The position numbers and the translations under genes are program-made. A stretch of 64,000 bases of DNA from assembly GCF_044704955.1 (NCBI RefSeq), contig NC_091989.1:173972001-174036000 (forward strand), read 5' to 3'. The notes beneath the pieces were generated by a model. The model was not told the origin of the DNA. It was given only the letters and a program-made list of their open reading frames with translations, and searched no databases. Below are positions 22,438-36,681 of this stretch, in pieces; the first letter of the stretch is position 1, and each line of letters opens with the position of its first letter. Source of the stretch: Pristiophorus japonicus. Lineage: Eukaryota.

Positions 22438-25089
22438 TTACAGATGGTAGAGGAAACTAGGGGATCACACAACTCAAGTAGTTGGAGATAAGGAATAATA
22501 AGGGGAAAAAAGTCACTGGTGGGTGTAGTCTATAGGCCCTCTAACAGTAGCAACTCTATTGGTCGGAGCAGAAACCAGGAAATAGTGGAGGCTTGTAAAG
22601 GGAACAATAATCATGGGTGATTTTAACCTCCATATCGATTGGACAAATCAAATTGGTCAGGGGAGCCTTCATAGAGTGCATAATGGACGGGCTCCTTGAG
22701 CAGTATGTAACAGAGCCAACCAGGGGGCAGGCTATCTTAGATCTGGTCCTGTGTAATGAGACAGGATTAATAAGCAATCTCCGAGTAAAGGATCCCCTTG
22801 GTATGAGTGATCATAACATGGTTGAATTTCAAATTCAGATGGAGGGTGAGAAAGTTGGATCTCAAACTAGCGAACTAAGCTTAAATAAAAGGAGACTATG
22901 AAGGTATGAGGGCAGAGTTGGCTAAAGTGGACTGGGAAAATAGATTAAAGCGTAGGACGGTTGACGAACAGTGGCGTACATTTAAGGAGATATTTCACAA
23001 CTCTCAAGAAAAATATATTCTAATGAGGAGGAAAGGGTGTAAGAGAAAAGATAGCCATCCGTGGCTAACTAAAGAAATAAAGGACAGTATCCAATTAAAA
23101 ACAAGGGCATACAAAGTGGCCAAAACTAGTGGGAGGACAGAAGATTGGGAAGCTTGTAAAAGCCAGCAAAGAATGACTAAAAAAATGATTAAGAAAGGGA
23201 AGATAGACTATGAAAGTAAACTAGCACAAAATATAAAAACAGATAGCAAGAGTTTCTATATGAAAAGGAAGATTGGCGAAAGTAAATGTTGGTCCCTTAG
23301 AGAACGAGACTGGGGAATTTGTAATGGGGAACATGGAGATGGCAAAAACTCTGAACAAATATTTTGTATCAGTCTTTACGCTATCAGTCAGACACTAACA
23401 ATATCCCAACAGTGGATAGTCAAGGGGCTCTTGGGGGGGGGGGGGGGGGGTAAAGAGGAACTTAACACAATCACTAATGAGGTGGTACTCAGTAAGATAA
23501 TAGAACTAAAGGCGGATAAATCCCCTGGACCTGATCGCTTGCATCCTAGGGTCTTGAGAAGTAGCAGCAGGGATTGTGGATGAATTGGTTGTAATTTACC
23601 AAAATTCCCTGGATTCTCAGGAGGTCCCAGCAGATTGGAAACTGCAAATGTAATGCCCCTATTTAAAAAAAGGAGTCAGGCAAAAAGCAAGAAACTATAG
23701 ACCAGTTAGCCTAACATCTGTGGTTGGGAAAATGTTGGAGTCCATTATTAAAGAAGCAGTAGCAGGACATTTGGAAAAGCATAATTCGGTCAGGCAGAGT
23801 CAGCATGGATTTATGAAGGGGAAGTCATGTTTGACAAATTTGCTGGAATTCTTTCAGGATGTAACGAACAGGGTGGATAAAGGGGAACCAGTGGTTGTGG
23901 TGTATTTGGACTTCCAGAAGGCATTTGACAAGGTGCCACATAAAAGGGTACTGCATAAGATAAAAGTTCATGGAGTTGGCAGCAATGTATTAGCATGGAT
24001 AGAGGATTGGCTAACTAACAGAAAACAGTCGGGATAAATGGTTCATTCTCGGGTTGGCAATCAGTAACTAGTGGGGTGCCACAGGGATCAGTGCTGGGAC
24101 CCCAACTATTTACAATCTATATTAACGACTTGGAAGAAAGGACAGAGTGTAACGTAGCCAAGTTTGCTGACGATACAAAGATGGGAGGAAAAGCAATGCA
24201 TGAGGACACAAAAATCTGCAAAAGGACAGACAAGCTAAGTGAGTGGGCAAAAATTTGGCAGATGGAGTATAATGTTGGAAAGTGTGAGGTCATGCACTTT
24301 GGCAGAGAAAAAAAAATCAAAGAGCAAGTTATTATTTAAATGGAGAAAGATTGCAAAGTGCTGCAGTACAGCGGAACCTGGGGGTACTTGTGCATGAAAC
24401 ACAAAAGGTTAGTATGCAGGTACAGCAAGTCATCAGGAAGCCAGTGGAATCTTGGCCTTTATTGCAAAGGGGATGGAGTATAAAAGCAGGGAAGTCTTGC
24501 TACAGTTATACAGGGTATTGGTGAGGCCACACCTGGAATACTGCGTGCAGTTTTGGTTTCCATATTTACAAAAGGATATACTTGCTTTGGAGGCAGTTCA
24601 GTGAAGGTTCATTAGATTGATTCTGGAGATGAAGGGCTTGACTTATGAGGAAAGGTTGAGTAGGTTGGGCCTTGACTCATTGGAATTCAGAAGAATGAGA
24701 GGTGATCTTATCGAAACTTATAAGATTATGAGGGGGCTTGACAAGGTGGATGCAGAGAGGATGTTTCCACTGATAGGCGAGATTAGAACTAGGGGGCATA
24801 ATAGAATAAGGGGCCACCCATTTAAAACTGAGATGAGGAGGAATATCTTCTCTGAGGGTTGTTAATCTGTGGAATTTGCTGCCTCAGAGAGCTGTGGAAG
24901 ATGGGACATTGAATAAATTTAAGACAGAGATAGACAGTTTCTTAACCGATAAGGGAATAAGGGGTTATGGGGAGCAGACAGGGAAGTGGAGCTGAGTCCA
25001 TGATCGGATCAGCCATGATCGTATTAAATGGCGGAGCAGGCTCGAGAGGCCGTATGGCCTACTCCTGCTCCTATTTCTTATGTTCTTAT
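22438..25089 (+). mobile_element. CR1 LINE, end of endonuclease through RT to 3' tail
   Basis: LDLVLCNE..SDHNMVEF (APE end), KSPGPD, YLDFQKAFDKVPH, FADD; TTCTTATG tail. Confidence 0.92.
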
Positions 25090-25421
25090 AAGTACCTACA
25101 CTATACTTAGTTTTTAACCTTTTGAAATAAGAAACCAGCTAGTTCAGTGAAGGAACAAAGATCCATAATGACCTAACTTGAGCTCAATGGGCTGTTCCTA
25201 TAGTTTAAGTTATATTCTTTGGGAGACGAGTTTAAAAATAAAACTTTAGAAAACTGCATGAACTGGCTTACTGGCAGAGATGGGTAGAGGCAAGGGCAGA
25301 AATGGTACAGTATAGGATTTGTTTTTTTTTAAAAAAGGGGCAGGGGAGGGGGTGGAAATGGAAAACACAACAGTCTACTGACCAACATAATGCAGATAAA
25401 ATCAAAGCAGTGCCTTTTTAC

Positions 25422-25592
25422 CTGAGAAATAAACACTCTGTACTGTGCAGCAAGATTAGACATGAAGACATAAGGAGTCTGCGGGTAGTACACTGCGTAT
25501 GTTGCCCTTAGCTGGTTAGGTGGGGAGTGCCGTTTGCCCCAAGCGATTCGGATCCAAACTGCTTCCCCACGTTGTAAAATGTTGACTGTGAC
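25422..25592 (-). CDS. CENPN: CENP-N coding exon 5 (VTVNILQRGEAVWIRIAWG...YYPQTPYVF...SQ)
   Basis: 171 nt; diagnostic AVWIRIAWG and QTPY motifs; not in the supplied ORF track. Confidence 0.96.
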
Positions 25593-26123
25593 CTATGGGA
25601 GGAAAAATAAATTGTAATTCAAATTAAAATATAGTTAACAGCACTATTTAAAATCAATGGAGATGTTACAAAAATGACAGTCTGCAATACGCCAGTGAGC
25701 ACAGCATAAACCTAAATGGATAGGGGCCAACAGCTTGCTGGAGTGAAACAAGATCGAAGTTCATAGGACATTGTAAGAGCTTGTGCTTTGTAAAAGGAAA
25801 GCGACAATTTAACCCATCTGTTATAGCTTCACCCAGTCATCCACTTGTTCCAGGATCTTGGGTTATTCAATGCATCTGCAAACAACCCAGAACATTGGAC
25901 AGAAGTTTGATTTGACAATAATGCTAGTTAGGAAGTTTTATTTTTTTAAATGCTGGAATTACACATTGAACTGAAAGTTCTGATGAACCCCACAGGTTTT
26001 TAAAAATTACTGACAGACCTGCTGTGTACCGCCAGCATTTCCTCTTTATATTTTGAAGGTTTCTGGCAGTTACTTCTCCCCGACCATTGTCTCAGTTTTA
26101 ATTTCATCATGCAAATGTGCATT

Positions 26124-26686
26124 GGGCTGGATTTTTGCGAAAATGGTAGTTTTACGGCAAAATTATCGTTTTCGCTGCACCACCATTCTTCGGCCTAACT
26201 TTTGGCATTTACTGAATCAGTAAAATAGGCGTTGCATGAGGATTCACGGCGCAAACCGCGAGTTTCGGCAACTTTAGTCCAGGGCCGGTAGCGTTGCAAG
26301 AGAGGTCTTTGGGTGGGGGGGGGGGGGTGGGGGAATTTCCCTCCCCAAAAAACATTCACAAGACTCTCAGAAAATACTTACCTATATCGCTGCAAAATAA
26401 TTTAAAAATAAAAATGTTAACGTGCCTTTTTGTAGGCCTTCATACTTACCGCTGCTGGCAGGGCTGTACCGACAGGTTTGACCCGGTCGGTATTCTGGGT
26501 GCGGCAGAAGGGTTGGGAGTGTGCTGAAAGTAGGACGCAAACGCAATTTGCATCGTTGCACGTCGGCGCACCTCTCCCCGGCGGTACGTGGAAGCACCGC
26601 CACAAAGAGGTCGATGATCGGGTTTTCACCGCGGAGGGTCAAATCGCGGCAAAAACCCAGTCGCAAACACGGCAAAAATCCAGCCC
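26124..26686. mobile_element. MITE (Harbinger-like)
   Basis: Perfect 15-bp TIRs GGGCTGGATTTTTGC / GCAAAAATCCAGCCC; GC-rich arms with AT-rich centre, like 90-720. Confidence 0.75.
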
Positions 26687-27242
26687 CATCGGCTTGGTTC
26701 AGTTGGGAGCACTCAGATGGATCAAAAGATCATAGATGAAGTCCCACCCAGGATTTAACATAAAACCTAGAAACTTCCATGCAGCACTGTCCCTGGAGTT
26801 GAGGAGAATGCTTTTAAGATTCCATGCCACTATTTGAAGTGCAGGATGTAGTGTCTGCCCTCAACTAACAATCAAAAAATGATGTTGATTAGTCATTCAC
26901 CTTTTTGCTCTTTCTGGGATGGTTACTGATGCATAATGGACACCGAGTTTGACTGCATAACAGTGACCACCAATGTTCCCTCCAAGTTGCGTGGCCGCGC
27001 AGCTATTTGCCGGTTCCGCACAGCCTGGGACCAGCTTTCTTAATGTTAAGTTGCGCAAACTGTGAATTGGCCATGCAGCCCCTTAAAAAGGGTGGCGCAA
27101 CCAAAAACAAGACATTGGTCACATTTCCCAAATTACAACAGTGACTGCACCCGAAAAATACTTAATTGGCTGTAAAGCGCTTTGAGTCATCCGGTGGTCG
27201 TGAAAGGCGCTACATAAATGCAAGTCTTTTTTTATATATAAC

Positions 27243-27610
27243 ATTGTGGATATGTTACTGGACTAGTAATCCAGAGGTCTGGACTAATGATCCATAGGAG
27301 CTCAAATCTCACCACAGCAGCTGGGGAATTTAAATTTTCAATTAAATAAATCTGGAATAAAACATTAGTATCAGTAATTGTGACCATGAAACTACCAGAT
27401 TGTCATAAAAATCCATCTGGTTCACTAATGCCCTTTAGGGAAAGAAGTCTGCCGTCCTTACCCAATTTGGCCTATACGTGACTCTAGAACCACAGCAATG
27501 TGGTGGACTCTTAACTGAAATGGCAGCTCACCACCACCGTCTCAAGGGCAATTAGGAATGGGCAATAAATGCTGGCCTTCACAGTGACACACACATCCAG
27601 TGAAAGAATT
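27243..27610 (+). mobile_element. Second SINE family with tail shared with the LINE at 49222-50730
   Basis: Tail GGGCAATTAGGAATGGGCAATAAATGCTGGCCT also seen near 50670. Confidence 0.55.
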
Positions 27611-27629
27611 TTTAAAAACATCTCAAAAA

Positions 27630-28392
27630 CAAGTGCTTTACAAAGAGAAAAGACTAAGTGTAGTCACTGTTGTAATGTAGGGAAACGCAGTAGTCAATTT
27701 ACACACAGCAAGCTCCCACAAACCGTGGGATTATGTGATAATGACCAGATAACGATTGAGGGATAAATATTGACCAGGACACCGGGGACATACAAGATTC
27801 ATAGAAACATATAAGATTCTGACGGGACTGGACAGGTTAGACGCGGTTAGAATGTTCCCGATGTTGGGGAAGTCCAGAACCAGGGGACACAGTCCAACGA
27901 TAAGGGGTAGGCCATTTAGGACTGAGAGGAGGAGAAACTTCTTCATGCAGAGAGTTGTTAACCTGTGGAATTCCCTGCCGCAGAGAGTTATTGATGCCAG
28001 TTCATTGGATATATTCAAGAGAGATCCCCTTACGGCTAAGGGGATCAAGAGGTATGGAGAGAAAGCAGGAAAGGGGTACTGAGGGAATAATCAACCATGA
28101 TCTTATTGAATGGTGGTGCAGCCTCGAAGGGGCGAATGGCCTACTCCTGCACCTATTTTCTATGTTTCTATGTAATTCCCCTGCTCTTTTTCGGAAAGTG
28201 CCATGGGATTTTTTACGTCCATCTGAGGGAGCAGACGAGGCCTCAATTTAACACCTCATCCGAAAGATGGCACCTCCAACACTGCACTGGAGGATCAGCC
28301 TAGATTTTTGCGCTCAAATCGCTGGAGTGGGACTTCATCCCACAACCTTCTGACTCAGGAGAGAGTGCTACCAACTGAGCCACAGCTGACAC
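27630..28392 (-). mobile_element. SacSINE1-like SINE interrupted by a plus-strand CR1 3' fragment (~27792-28172)
   Basis: SINE halves are collinear across the CR1 piece. Confidence 0.75.
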
Positions 28393-28516
28393 GCTTTGAC
28401 AATGTAATAATATAAATTTATATAGTCTCTTAACATTGCACTTGCTAAAACATATCCAAAATTGTGTTCTGGCTGAGGGAGGTAAAGACAGTTATTCCTC
28501 AATTTTTGCAACTTAC

Positions 28517-28596
28517 ATTTCTGATGAGCATTTTAAGATTTCTTTCAAATGTTTTTCTGAAGTCTCCAAAATCAAATAAGTTTGCTTCCTTGCCAC
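28517..28596 (-). CDS. CENPN: CENP-N coding exon 4 (GGKEANLFDFGDFRKTFERNLKMLIRN)
   Basis: 80 nt; ttttcag| and |gtaagt; homologous to EDVDLFDMKQFKNSFKKILQRALKN. Confidence 0.92.
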
Positions 28597-28706
28597 CTGA
28601 AAAGTAATTAAGCAATTTTGAATCAGCATACTGCAACAGAAAGGAAGCAGATACTAAATGCTGTGAATTGAAGTGGGCATAGCAAAGTGAAGGATGATTT
28701 ACGTAC

Positions 28707-28766
28707 CTTTTGAGCTAAACATTTGATAGGAATTCCATTTTCTCTTCTGAGGGTTCGCACTATTAT
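28707..28766 (-). CDS. CENPN: CENP-N coding exon 3 (YNSANPQKRKWNSYQMFSSK)
   Basis: 60 nt, phase 1-1; W..YQM conserved. Confidence 0.88.
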
Positions 28767-29339
28767 CTGAAGACGGATACCGTTCAGAAAATAAAACACA
28801 ACTTAAACATCTTGTGAACAGAATCGGAGAAAGTTGAAATTTTGGGTTGTAATGCTATCGTCTCGTCAGGTGCTCATGGCCTGTGTAATTCCTGCATTTT
28901 CTGTTTAGATTTTAGATTTCCAGCATCCAGTGTTCCTGGATTCTCTGGCCATATTGATTAAAGTTACTAGTTCTTTGCAGATGAATAGTCCCACTCTACC
29001 AACAAGTTTCTCATCAAATTTCACAAAGAGATGTAGCACCTTGACGATGAATGGTATTCAATCGTTCTGCTAAAATATAGCAATCATTGGCTTGTAGACA
29101 TCCATTTTTGCATAACATACAAGCCATACAAAATGAAACAAGTTTAATGAATTAAGCTGGAAATATAATAAATCTTATGATCGCCAGCATGTCTGCCTGA
29201 CCTCAGGTTTGGCCAACAACTATTCTGAATGTAAGTTAGCATCAAATTCTATACCAATTTCTATTACATTCTTACAAAACACATTATACAGAGCAAGCAT
29301 ATTAATCATTCTTTGTTACTTCCATTCGTATACAATTAC

Positions 29340-29995
29340 AGGCAGATTAGGAAAAGGGGAGGTGCAACGAGATCTGGGTGTCATGGTTCATCAGTCATCG
29401 AAAGTTGGCATGCAGGTACAGCAGGCGGCGAAGAAGGCAAATTGTATGTTGGCCTTCATAGCTAGGGGATTTGAGTATAGGAGCAGGGAGGTCTTACTGC
29501 AGTTGTACAGGGCCTTGGTGAGGCCTCACCTGGAATATTGTGTTCAGTTTTGGTCTCCTAATCTGAGGAAAGACGTTCTTGCTATTGAGGGAGTGCAGCG
29601 AAGGTTCATCAGACTGATTCTCGGGATGGCTGGACTGACACATGAGGAGAGATTGGACCAACTGGGCCTTTATACATTGGAGTTTAGAAGGATGAGAGGG
29701 GATCTCAGAAACATACAACATTCTGATGGGGCAGGACATTTAGGACTGAGATGAGGAGAAACTTCTTCACAGAGTTGTTAACCTGTGGAATTCCCTGCCG
29801 CAGAGTTGTTGATACCAGTTCATTGGATATATTCAAGAGGGAGTTAGATATGGCCCTTGCGGCTAAAGGGATCAAGGGGTATGGAGAGAAAGCAGGAAAG
29901 GGGTACTGAGGTGAATGATCAGCCATGATCTTATTGAATGATGGTGCAGGCTCGAAGGGCCGAATGGCCTACTCCTGCACCTATTTTCTATGTTT
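29340..29995 (+). mobile_element. CR1 LINE 3' fragment
   Basis: DLGVMV..LYRALVRPHLEYCVQFWSP. Confidence 0.85.
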
Positions 29996-31204
29996 CGATT
30001 AACAACGGTCACAAAAGCTAAAACCTCAAGATTGCAACCTTCATTTCACAAACCTTTCAACATGAACAACAAACAGATTCAATGTCTTTTTCTATTAATG
30101 TGAAGCTTTCTTAGATACTTCCCCCACTCATGTTTCTTTTTTACCTGCTAGTATTACCCCCGCCCGCCCAACCCACCCAAAAATGTGGACGCTTCTTGAT
30201 GGAGTGATGCTCCATGGGCAATGCCAGTTATCCTGGAAGATATACTCTCAAGAGCTCATTTGTGAGGCTAAATAGTGAATGTTGACAGGCTATTTAACAT
30301 CAACGCCACCTTCCTGAACCCAGCTCAGCGCTAAAGCCAATTGTGGTATCCAAATTACAAAAGGTGAAATCAGCCAGCTGCAAAAAGAGACTCAGGAGTG
30401 AATGTGAAGCCTACTGATCTAAATGGTTCTTCAACTCAAGTCTTAACCAGCCATTGGGTGATTTATTCGCGTTCTAACACGTCAAATGGTTTAAACATTT
30501 ACATAAACTAACTAGTAATATCAAAACTATAAAAACAAAATTCAAAATTGGAACGCTGAATGTCAAGATCCTTTCGAAAACTACAATTGGATTCTTCACC
30601 TATTTGGATTCTGTGCTTATTCCTCCATTAAACAATTAACATTTCTTTTGATAACATTTCAAACAGAATGCAAAGCTAGCATCTTGCATGAGTGCGAAGC
30701 AGAAACAGATCCCCGTATGTTAATAAGTATAGAAAGGTCTGATCGCGACTGTTAAATTTAATCATTGAATAGAATCACAGAAATTTACGGCACAGGAGGT
30801 CATTCGGCCCATTATGTCTGTGCCGGCCGAAAAAGAGCTATCCTGCCTAATCCCACTTTCCAGCTCTTGGTCCATAGCAGATTATGGTTCTTCAAGTGCA
30901 TATCCAAGTACTTTTTAAATGTGATGAGAGCTTCTACGTATACAACCCTTCCAGGCAGTGAGTTCCAGACTCCCAACACACTCGGTGAAAAAGGCTCTTC
31001 AACTCAATCCTTCTACCAATTACTTTAAATCTATGCCCCCTGGTTATCGAGCTCACTGCTAAAGGAAATAGGTCCTTCCTATCCATTCTATCTAGGCCCC
31101 TTAATAACAATAATCTAGAATTTAATAGTAAAAGTTCTGCTGCAAATTGGTTACAAAAAAAAAAGCCATTCCTAATGTGCAATGAAAAAGATAGCAATAC
31201 TTAC

Positions 31205-31250
31205 AAATAATCTCTAAATCTGCTACTTGTTTTAGGGTTACTCCATTGTC
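31205..31250 (-). CDS. CENPN: CENP-N coding exon 2 (DNGVTLKQVADLEII)
   Basis: 46 nt; ttctag| and |gtaagt; frame-consistent. Confidence 0.85.
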
Positions 31251-32655
31251 CTAGAATAAATTTTAACAAATGCATCAATAAACATTTTTTAAAAAGCTAT
31301 AAAATGTTCAAAGCCATCGAAAAACAGCAGCAAACTATTCTGTTCTGTAAACCAAAGAAGTTAGCATGCAATATTGTGTCACCATAAAATGTACATGCGC
31401 TCGCTTAAAAAGAAACAGCACTTTTCAATATTTTATAAATGGGCAAATTCAAAATGCTGGTTCTAAAATATTCAAATGTATTCTCTGCCAAAAGTGCAGT
31501 CAAGGTTTCCTGAAGAGACTGCTAAGGGGTTCCTTCCACTGAGAAGAGGAGAAAATCAAAACACGAGTTAATGCCAGAGAAGCCATGTATTGATGAGGAG
31601 ATTAACAAGGCACACAAATTAATTTGGTTAAATAGATCCTTTGCTCCAGACTCAGCGGTTCAATTTTTATTCTCTCTTGTACAAAAGTTATGCTTTTGCA
31701 ACAAGCCTCAACAGTGGCAATTTCCATTCGTACTCATTCTTTGACCTGTTGTCTTGACTATGATCACAAGGAATCCTGGAGTGCAGAATGGATTTGAGAG
31801 GTGGGAACGCAAAAACTCCACATCATCACACTGGCCTGTACTCCCAGTTTAAAAGCAAGTCAAATTGAACATAAACAAAAGCACATTTCAGCTTCAACTC
31901 ATCTTACTAATGGTTTTAGGTTATCTAGAATACATTTTTAATTGTCTTCTCTTCTCTGCTGAAGGTAGTGCCTCATAGTAGGGCACAAGTTAGCAGCCCG
32001 CTGTTAACTGCAACCAATGGCCATCCTCAATGTCTGGTAGGCCATTTTACCATGGGAGAATACAACAATTAAACCTGATCCTTGTCTCACCCAATACAAT
32101 CAAGAACAGGACCCTTAATTAGTTTTTCTGTTCCTCACTCAGAGAGCAAGTTCAACTACAGTGTGTCCTTGCCACTGCTCTTGCAGGCAGCAACTATCTC
32201 ATCACAGATAAGGGATTGTTCTTGTCTGGATAAGTCAACACCACACAGTACAACAAATTTGCATCCAGAACCACTAAAGAAATGCTTGCAAAACAATTTT
32301 CAATGTTTGATAATACAGCACTGCACATCAGAGTGGTAAATTCCCTATTATCCACAGCATGTTTCAAAACTCAAGCCATTCCATTAAGAGAGGGGCCATG
32401 CACACAAGCCATTCTTGGTCACTCTTGTGCATCTCCCAACAACTAATCCTGGGCAGCATTGCTGGAATCAATTTCTTGGGAAAGGCGTGAAGAATGAGAT
32501 GTCAAAAAATAAAATACACAACTACTGTAATCGGCCCATGTTTGGTTAGGAAAGGCTAAAGGACAATTACAGAAATCCCTGCTATCTCTTACTTATAAAA
32601 TCGGATGCTAATTTATCAGTCGCCCACGAGTCATTTTGTAAACATTGTACAATAC

Positions 32656-32823
32656 CTTACAAAGTTCAACCAACTGCAAAATCAGTTCTTTGCGTGTATT
32701 TTTGTGGAAGCTCACTCTCTGTAGTTCTCTTTTGGATAGAAAATCCCAGGCCTTCAGCAACTTGGGGAAATCAACCATTCGAATCCACGAAAGCACCTTA
32801 ATCAGGTATTCAATCCCATCCAT
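32656..32823 (-). CDS. CENPN: CENP-N first coding exon (MDGIEYLIKV...LKAWDFLS...LVELCK)
   Basis: LKAWDFLS identical to human; acceptor 10 nt upstream of ATG (exon starts 32833); donor AAG|GTATT. Confidence 0.95.
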
Positions 32824-34792
32824 CTCCAGGCACCTTTATAATAGTACATTAAAAAAACATTACTGAAATTGTATTGTGGAGGAGAAAACAAACAATAGGC
32901 CTTAAGGTGTCAGTCGTGGCTAAGTGGCAGCACTCTCACCTCGGAGTTAAGAGCTTGTGTGTCAAATGCTATTCTATTAGCTATTGAAAGTTAAAACCAC
33001 ACATTTAAATCATAAACTAGCGAGGGGGGTATGGATGACTGATAAACTGTGCAACTATTGATAACCTGCTACACCAGAATCGAGTGGTCCAACTATGACA
33101 CAGCCTTTCCAAGGAGACAGTGGAAGCAGATAGTTCTGATTAATTCAAATTAGATAAGATTTCTTTCAGAAAATATATATTTTGGATACAGTACAAGTAA
33201 TTTGAGACAGGAAGTACATCATGCTTGGGAGGAACAGGTGACTTTGGACCCCAATGCTCTCCATCACTGGAGTTTTCCTCACACCATGTCTGGGTTTGTT
33301 TTAGACTATGATAGAAATCGATTAGTATGATTTGTCAATAACTCCATTATCATTGTAGCATGTGACAACTAGAATAGTAAATGGGGGGGGGGGGGGGGGG
33401 GGTAAGAACATAAGAAATAGGAGAGAGTAGGCCATATGGCCCCTCGAGCCTGCTCCGCCATTTAATACGATCATGGCTGATCCGATCATGGCTGGGTGGA
33501 ATTCCAGACAAGAGGGCTCAACATTAAAATTAGAGCTAGGCCAGGGGTGATGTCAAGAAACACTTCCTTCACACAAAGGGTACTGGAAATCTGGAACTCT
33601 CTCTCCCAACAAATTGAGTCTAGTGAATTGAGATTGATAGATTTTTGTTAGGTAAGGGTATTAAGAGATATAGGTATCCCACTGGGAACCTGCCTAAAGT
33701 ATGCCCATATAACCCAACTGCAGAAAAATCAGCACAAGTCATGGGTCAGGTGCAAAGTCCATCTGATCAACTGCAGGTTGGGATTCCACCAGTGAAAACC
33801 ACAGCCTATTTTAGCTACCTGGAGCTACATGTATACTCAAAAGGCACAGTTAAGAAGATATCCTTGTTATAATTACATTTCCTAAAGCATATATAATGGA
33901 CTGACTATATCATTCAGTAACTTTCTCTTCTCTCAGGAGACAAATATGTTTAACATTAACATTTCTCAATGTCTCAAGTAGGCAGAGTCATGTGTGCCCC
34001 TGTACTTTTCTCTGCTTCAAATATTTATTAAATTTCTCCTTAAAAGATGCCATGCTCTCTGCTTCAAACACTCCTTGTGGCAAAGCATTCCATACTCCAA
34101 CTCTTTGCATAAAGAAATTTCACCAACCTCACTCAATGATATGAATACCCCTCATCACTAACTCCCCAACCAGAGGAAATAGTATTTTCCTCTTAATTAT
34201 CAAAACACTTCATAATTTTAAAACCCCTTAAATCTTCCTTTAGCCTTCTCTGCTCCAGTGGAAATAGTCTCAACAGCTCATGTTTCTCCTCATAACTATA
34301 GCTGGAAGTCATTCCAGCCATCATGTCTGCACTAGCCAAAGAGCTATCCAGTCTAATCCCATGTTCCAGTTCTTGGTTTGCAGCTTTGTAGATTACAGCA
34401 CTTCAAGTGCATATCCAAGTACTTTTTAAATGTGCTGAACATTTCTTGCCTCTACCATCCTTTCAGGCACTGATTTACAGCCCCCCACCACCCTCTCAGT
34501 GAAAAAGGTTCTCCTCAACCCTGCTCTGAACCTTCCACCAATTACTTTGTTCCAAAGCACCACACAGCCACTGAAATGTTCTTGGTGCAGTACCTGCTCT
34601 AATGTAGAGAAACCTAACAGCATTTGCACACAGAAAGCTCCCACAAACAGAAATGTAATAATGACCAGATAAATCATTTTACCAATGTTAGTTTATAGAT
34701 AAATATTGTCCCAAACATCAGAGAGTACACCCTGGATCTTCTTCACATGGGACCTTTCACCAGAGAGAGCAGACAAGACCTCGGTTTAACAT

Positions 34793-35484
34793 TGAAGGTT
34801 GGCATGCAGGTGCAGCAGGCGGTTAAGAAAGCAAATGGCATGTTGGCCTTCATAGCAAGGGGATTTGAGTACAGGGGCAGGGAGGTGTTGCTACAGTTGT
34901 ACAGGGCATTGGTGAGGCCACACCTGGAGTATTGTGTACAGTTTTGGTCTCCTAACCTGAGGAAGGACATTCTTGCTATTGGAGGGAGTGCAGCGAAGGT
35001 TCACCAGACTGATTCCCGGGATGGCGGGACTGACCTATCAAGAAAGACTGGATCAACTGGGCTTGTATTCACTGGAGTTCAGAAGAATGAGAGGGGACCT
35101 CATAGAAACATATAAAATTCTGACGGGGTTAGACAGGTTAGATGCAGTAAGAATGTTCCCAATGTTGGGGAAGTCCAGAACCAGGGGTCACAGTCTAAGG
35201 ATAAGGGGTAAGCCATTTAGGACCGAGATGCGGAGGAACTTCTTCACCTAGAGAGTGGTGAACCTGTGGAATTCTCTACCACAGAAAGTTGTTGAGGCCA
35301 ATTCACTAAATATATTCAAAAAGGAGTTAGATGAGGTCCTTACTGCTAGGGGGATCAAGGGGTATGGCGAGAAAGCAGGAATGGGGTACTGAAGTTGAAT
35401 GTTCAGCCATGAACTCATTGAATGGCGGTGCAGGCTAGAAGGGCCGAATGGCCTACTCCTGCACCTATTTTCTATGTTTCTATG
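34793..35484 (+). mobile_element. Young CR1 3' fragment inserted in a SacSINE1-like SINE
   Basis: TAACATT duplicated on both sides; nearly identical to 49684-50346. Confidence 0.85.
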
Positions 35485-36313
35485 TAACATTTCTTTCAAA
35501 AGACAGCACCTCCGGCAGTGCAGCACTGTCAGCCTACATCAAGTGCTCAAATCTCTGGAGCAAGTCTTGAACCTTCTAACTCAGCGGCGAGGGTGCTGCC
35601 AACCGAGCACAGCTGACACCTTATAAAAGATATAAAATCAGTGATGCACTATATACAAAGATAACCAACACTATGAGACACCTTTATGTTACAAAATAAG
35701 CGGGCAGCACTCTCAGCTCAGTCAGGTGATGAGTGCAGAGACTCCACTCCAGCGACTGGTGCACAACTACCGAGACTGACACTCCCAGTGCAGTGCTGAG
35801 GGGGTGCCACACTGTCAGAGGTGCCGTCTTTCAGATGGGACGTTAAAACTATCCGTCTGCCCACTCAGATATAAAAAAAAAATCCTGAATAGTGGGAACT
35901 AGTCAAGAAAGGGAGGATGGGGGAACAGTGACCCTCGGAATTCTGGGACACAACATTTTATCCCTGAAATCAACATCACTAAAACAAAAAACAGATGATC
36001 TGGTCATTGTTGTGGGATCTTGCTGTGCGCATATTGGAAAGGGGCTTTGGGGACGTCCTGTGGTGGTGAAAGGCGCTATAGAAATGCAAGTCTCGACAGA
36101 TGTCACAAATCTCCACAACAGGTCGGCCCTGGGGAGTTTTCCCGTGACAAGGACCAGGAGAGGCTGAGGATTTAAAAATATATTTTGACCTGCAATAAGT
36201 TTAAAGCGTGCCAAGGGAAAAACAAACAGTGCCGAAGACTGGAATTTATCGCCATCGCCGCCGCCCGCGGGCTGTATTGTCTGTCACGACAACCCGGGAG
36301 CACAGTGCCTTAC

Positions 36314-36400
36314 CTCACAACGCGCGCCCCGAACCACCCGGCCCCGCCAAAAGCCTTTATTTAAAAACAGCCAATCAGCGGCGCGGCCGTTAGCCTGGCC
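36314..36400 (-). promoter_or_regulatory. CENPN promoter and short non-coding first exon
   Basis: CpG-rich; donor GAG|GTAAGG at 36314/36313; E2F-like TTTTGGCGGG (36343-36352); CHR-like TTTAAA (36360-36365); CCAAT (36371-36375). Confidence 0.65.
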
Positions 36401-36681
36401 CCTGCGCCCCTCCTCCCAGCACAGCGCCACCCGCCTTGGCGAGGCGGGAATGCAGCTGCCTGCTGCAAAACTTAACAATGAAACAGAAAATTGCAGCAGA
36501 TACTCAGCATCTTGTTGGGGCAGCACCTATCTCTGAGTGGTGGTGAGGATCAAAGACTTGTCATTTTTTTCTGTGTGTGTGTGTGTGTATTTGTCCCTGG
36601 GATATCACCCATCCCTGATTGCCCTTGAGAAGGTGGCGGTGAGCCGCCTTCTTGAACCGCTGCAGTCCGTGTGGTGAAGGA

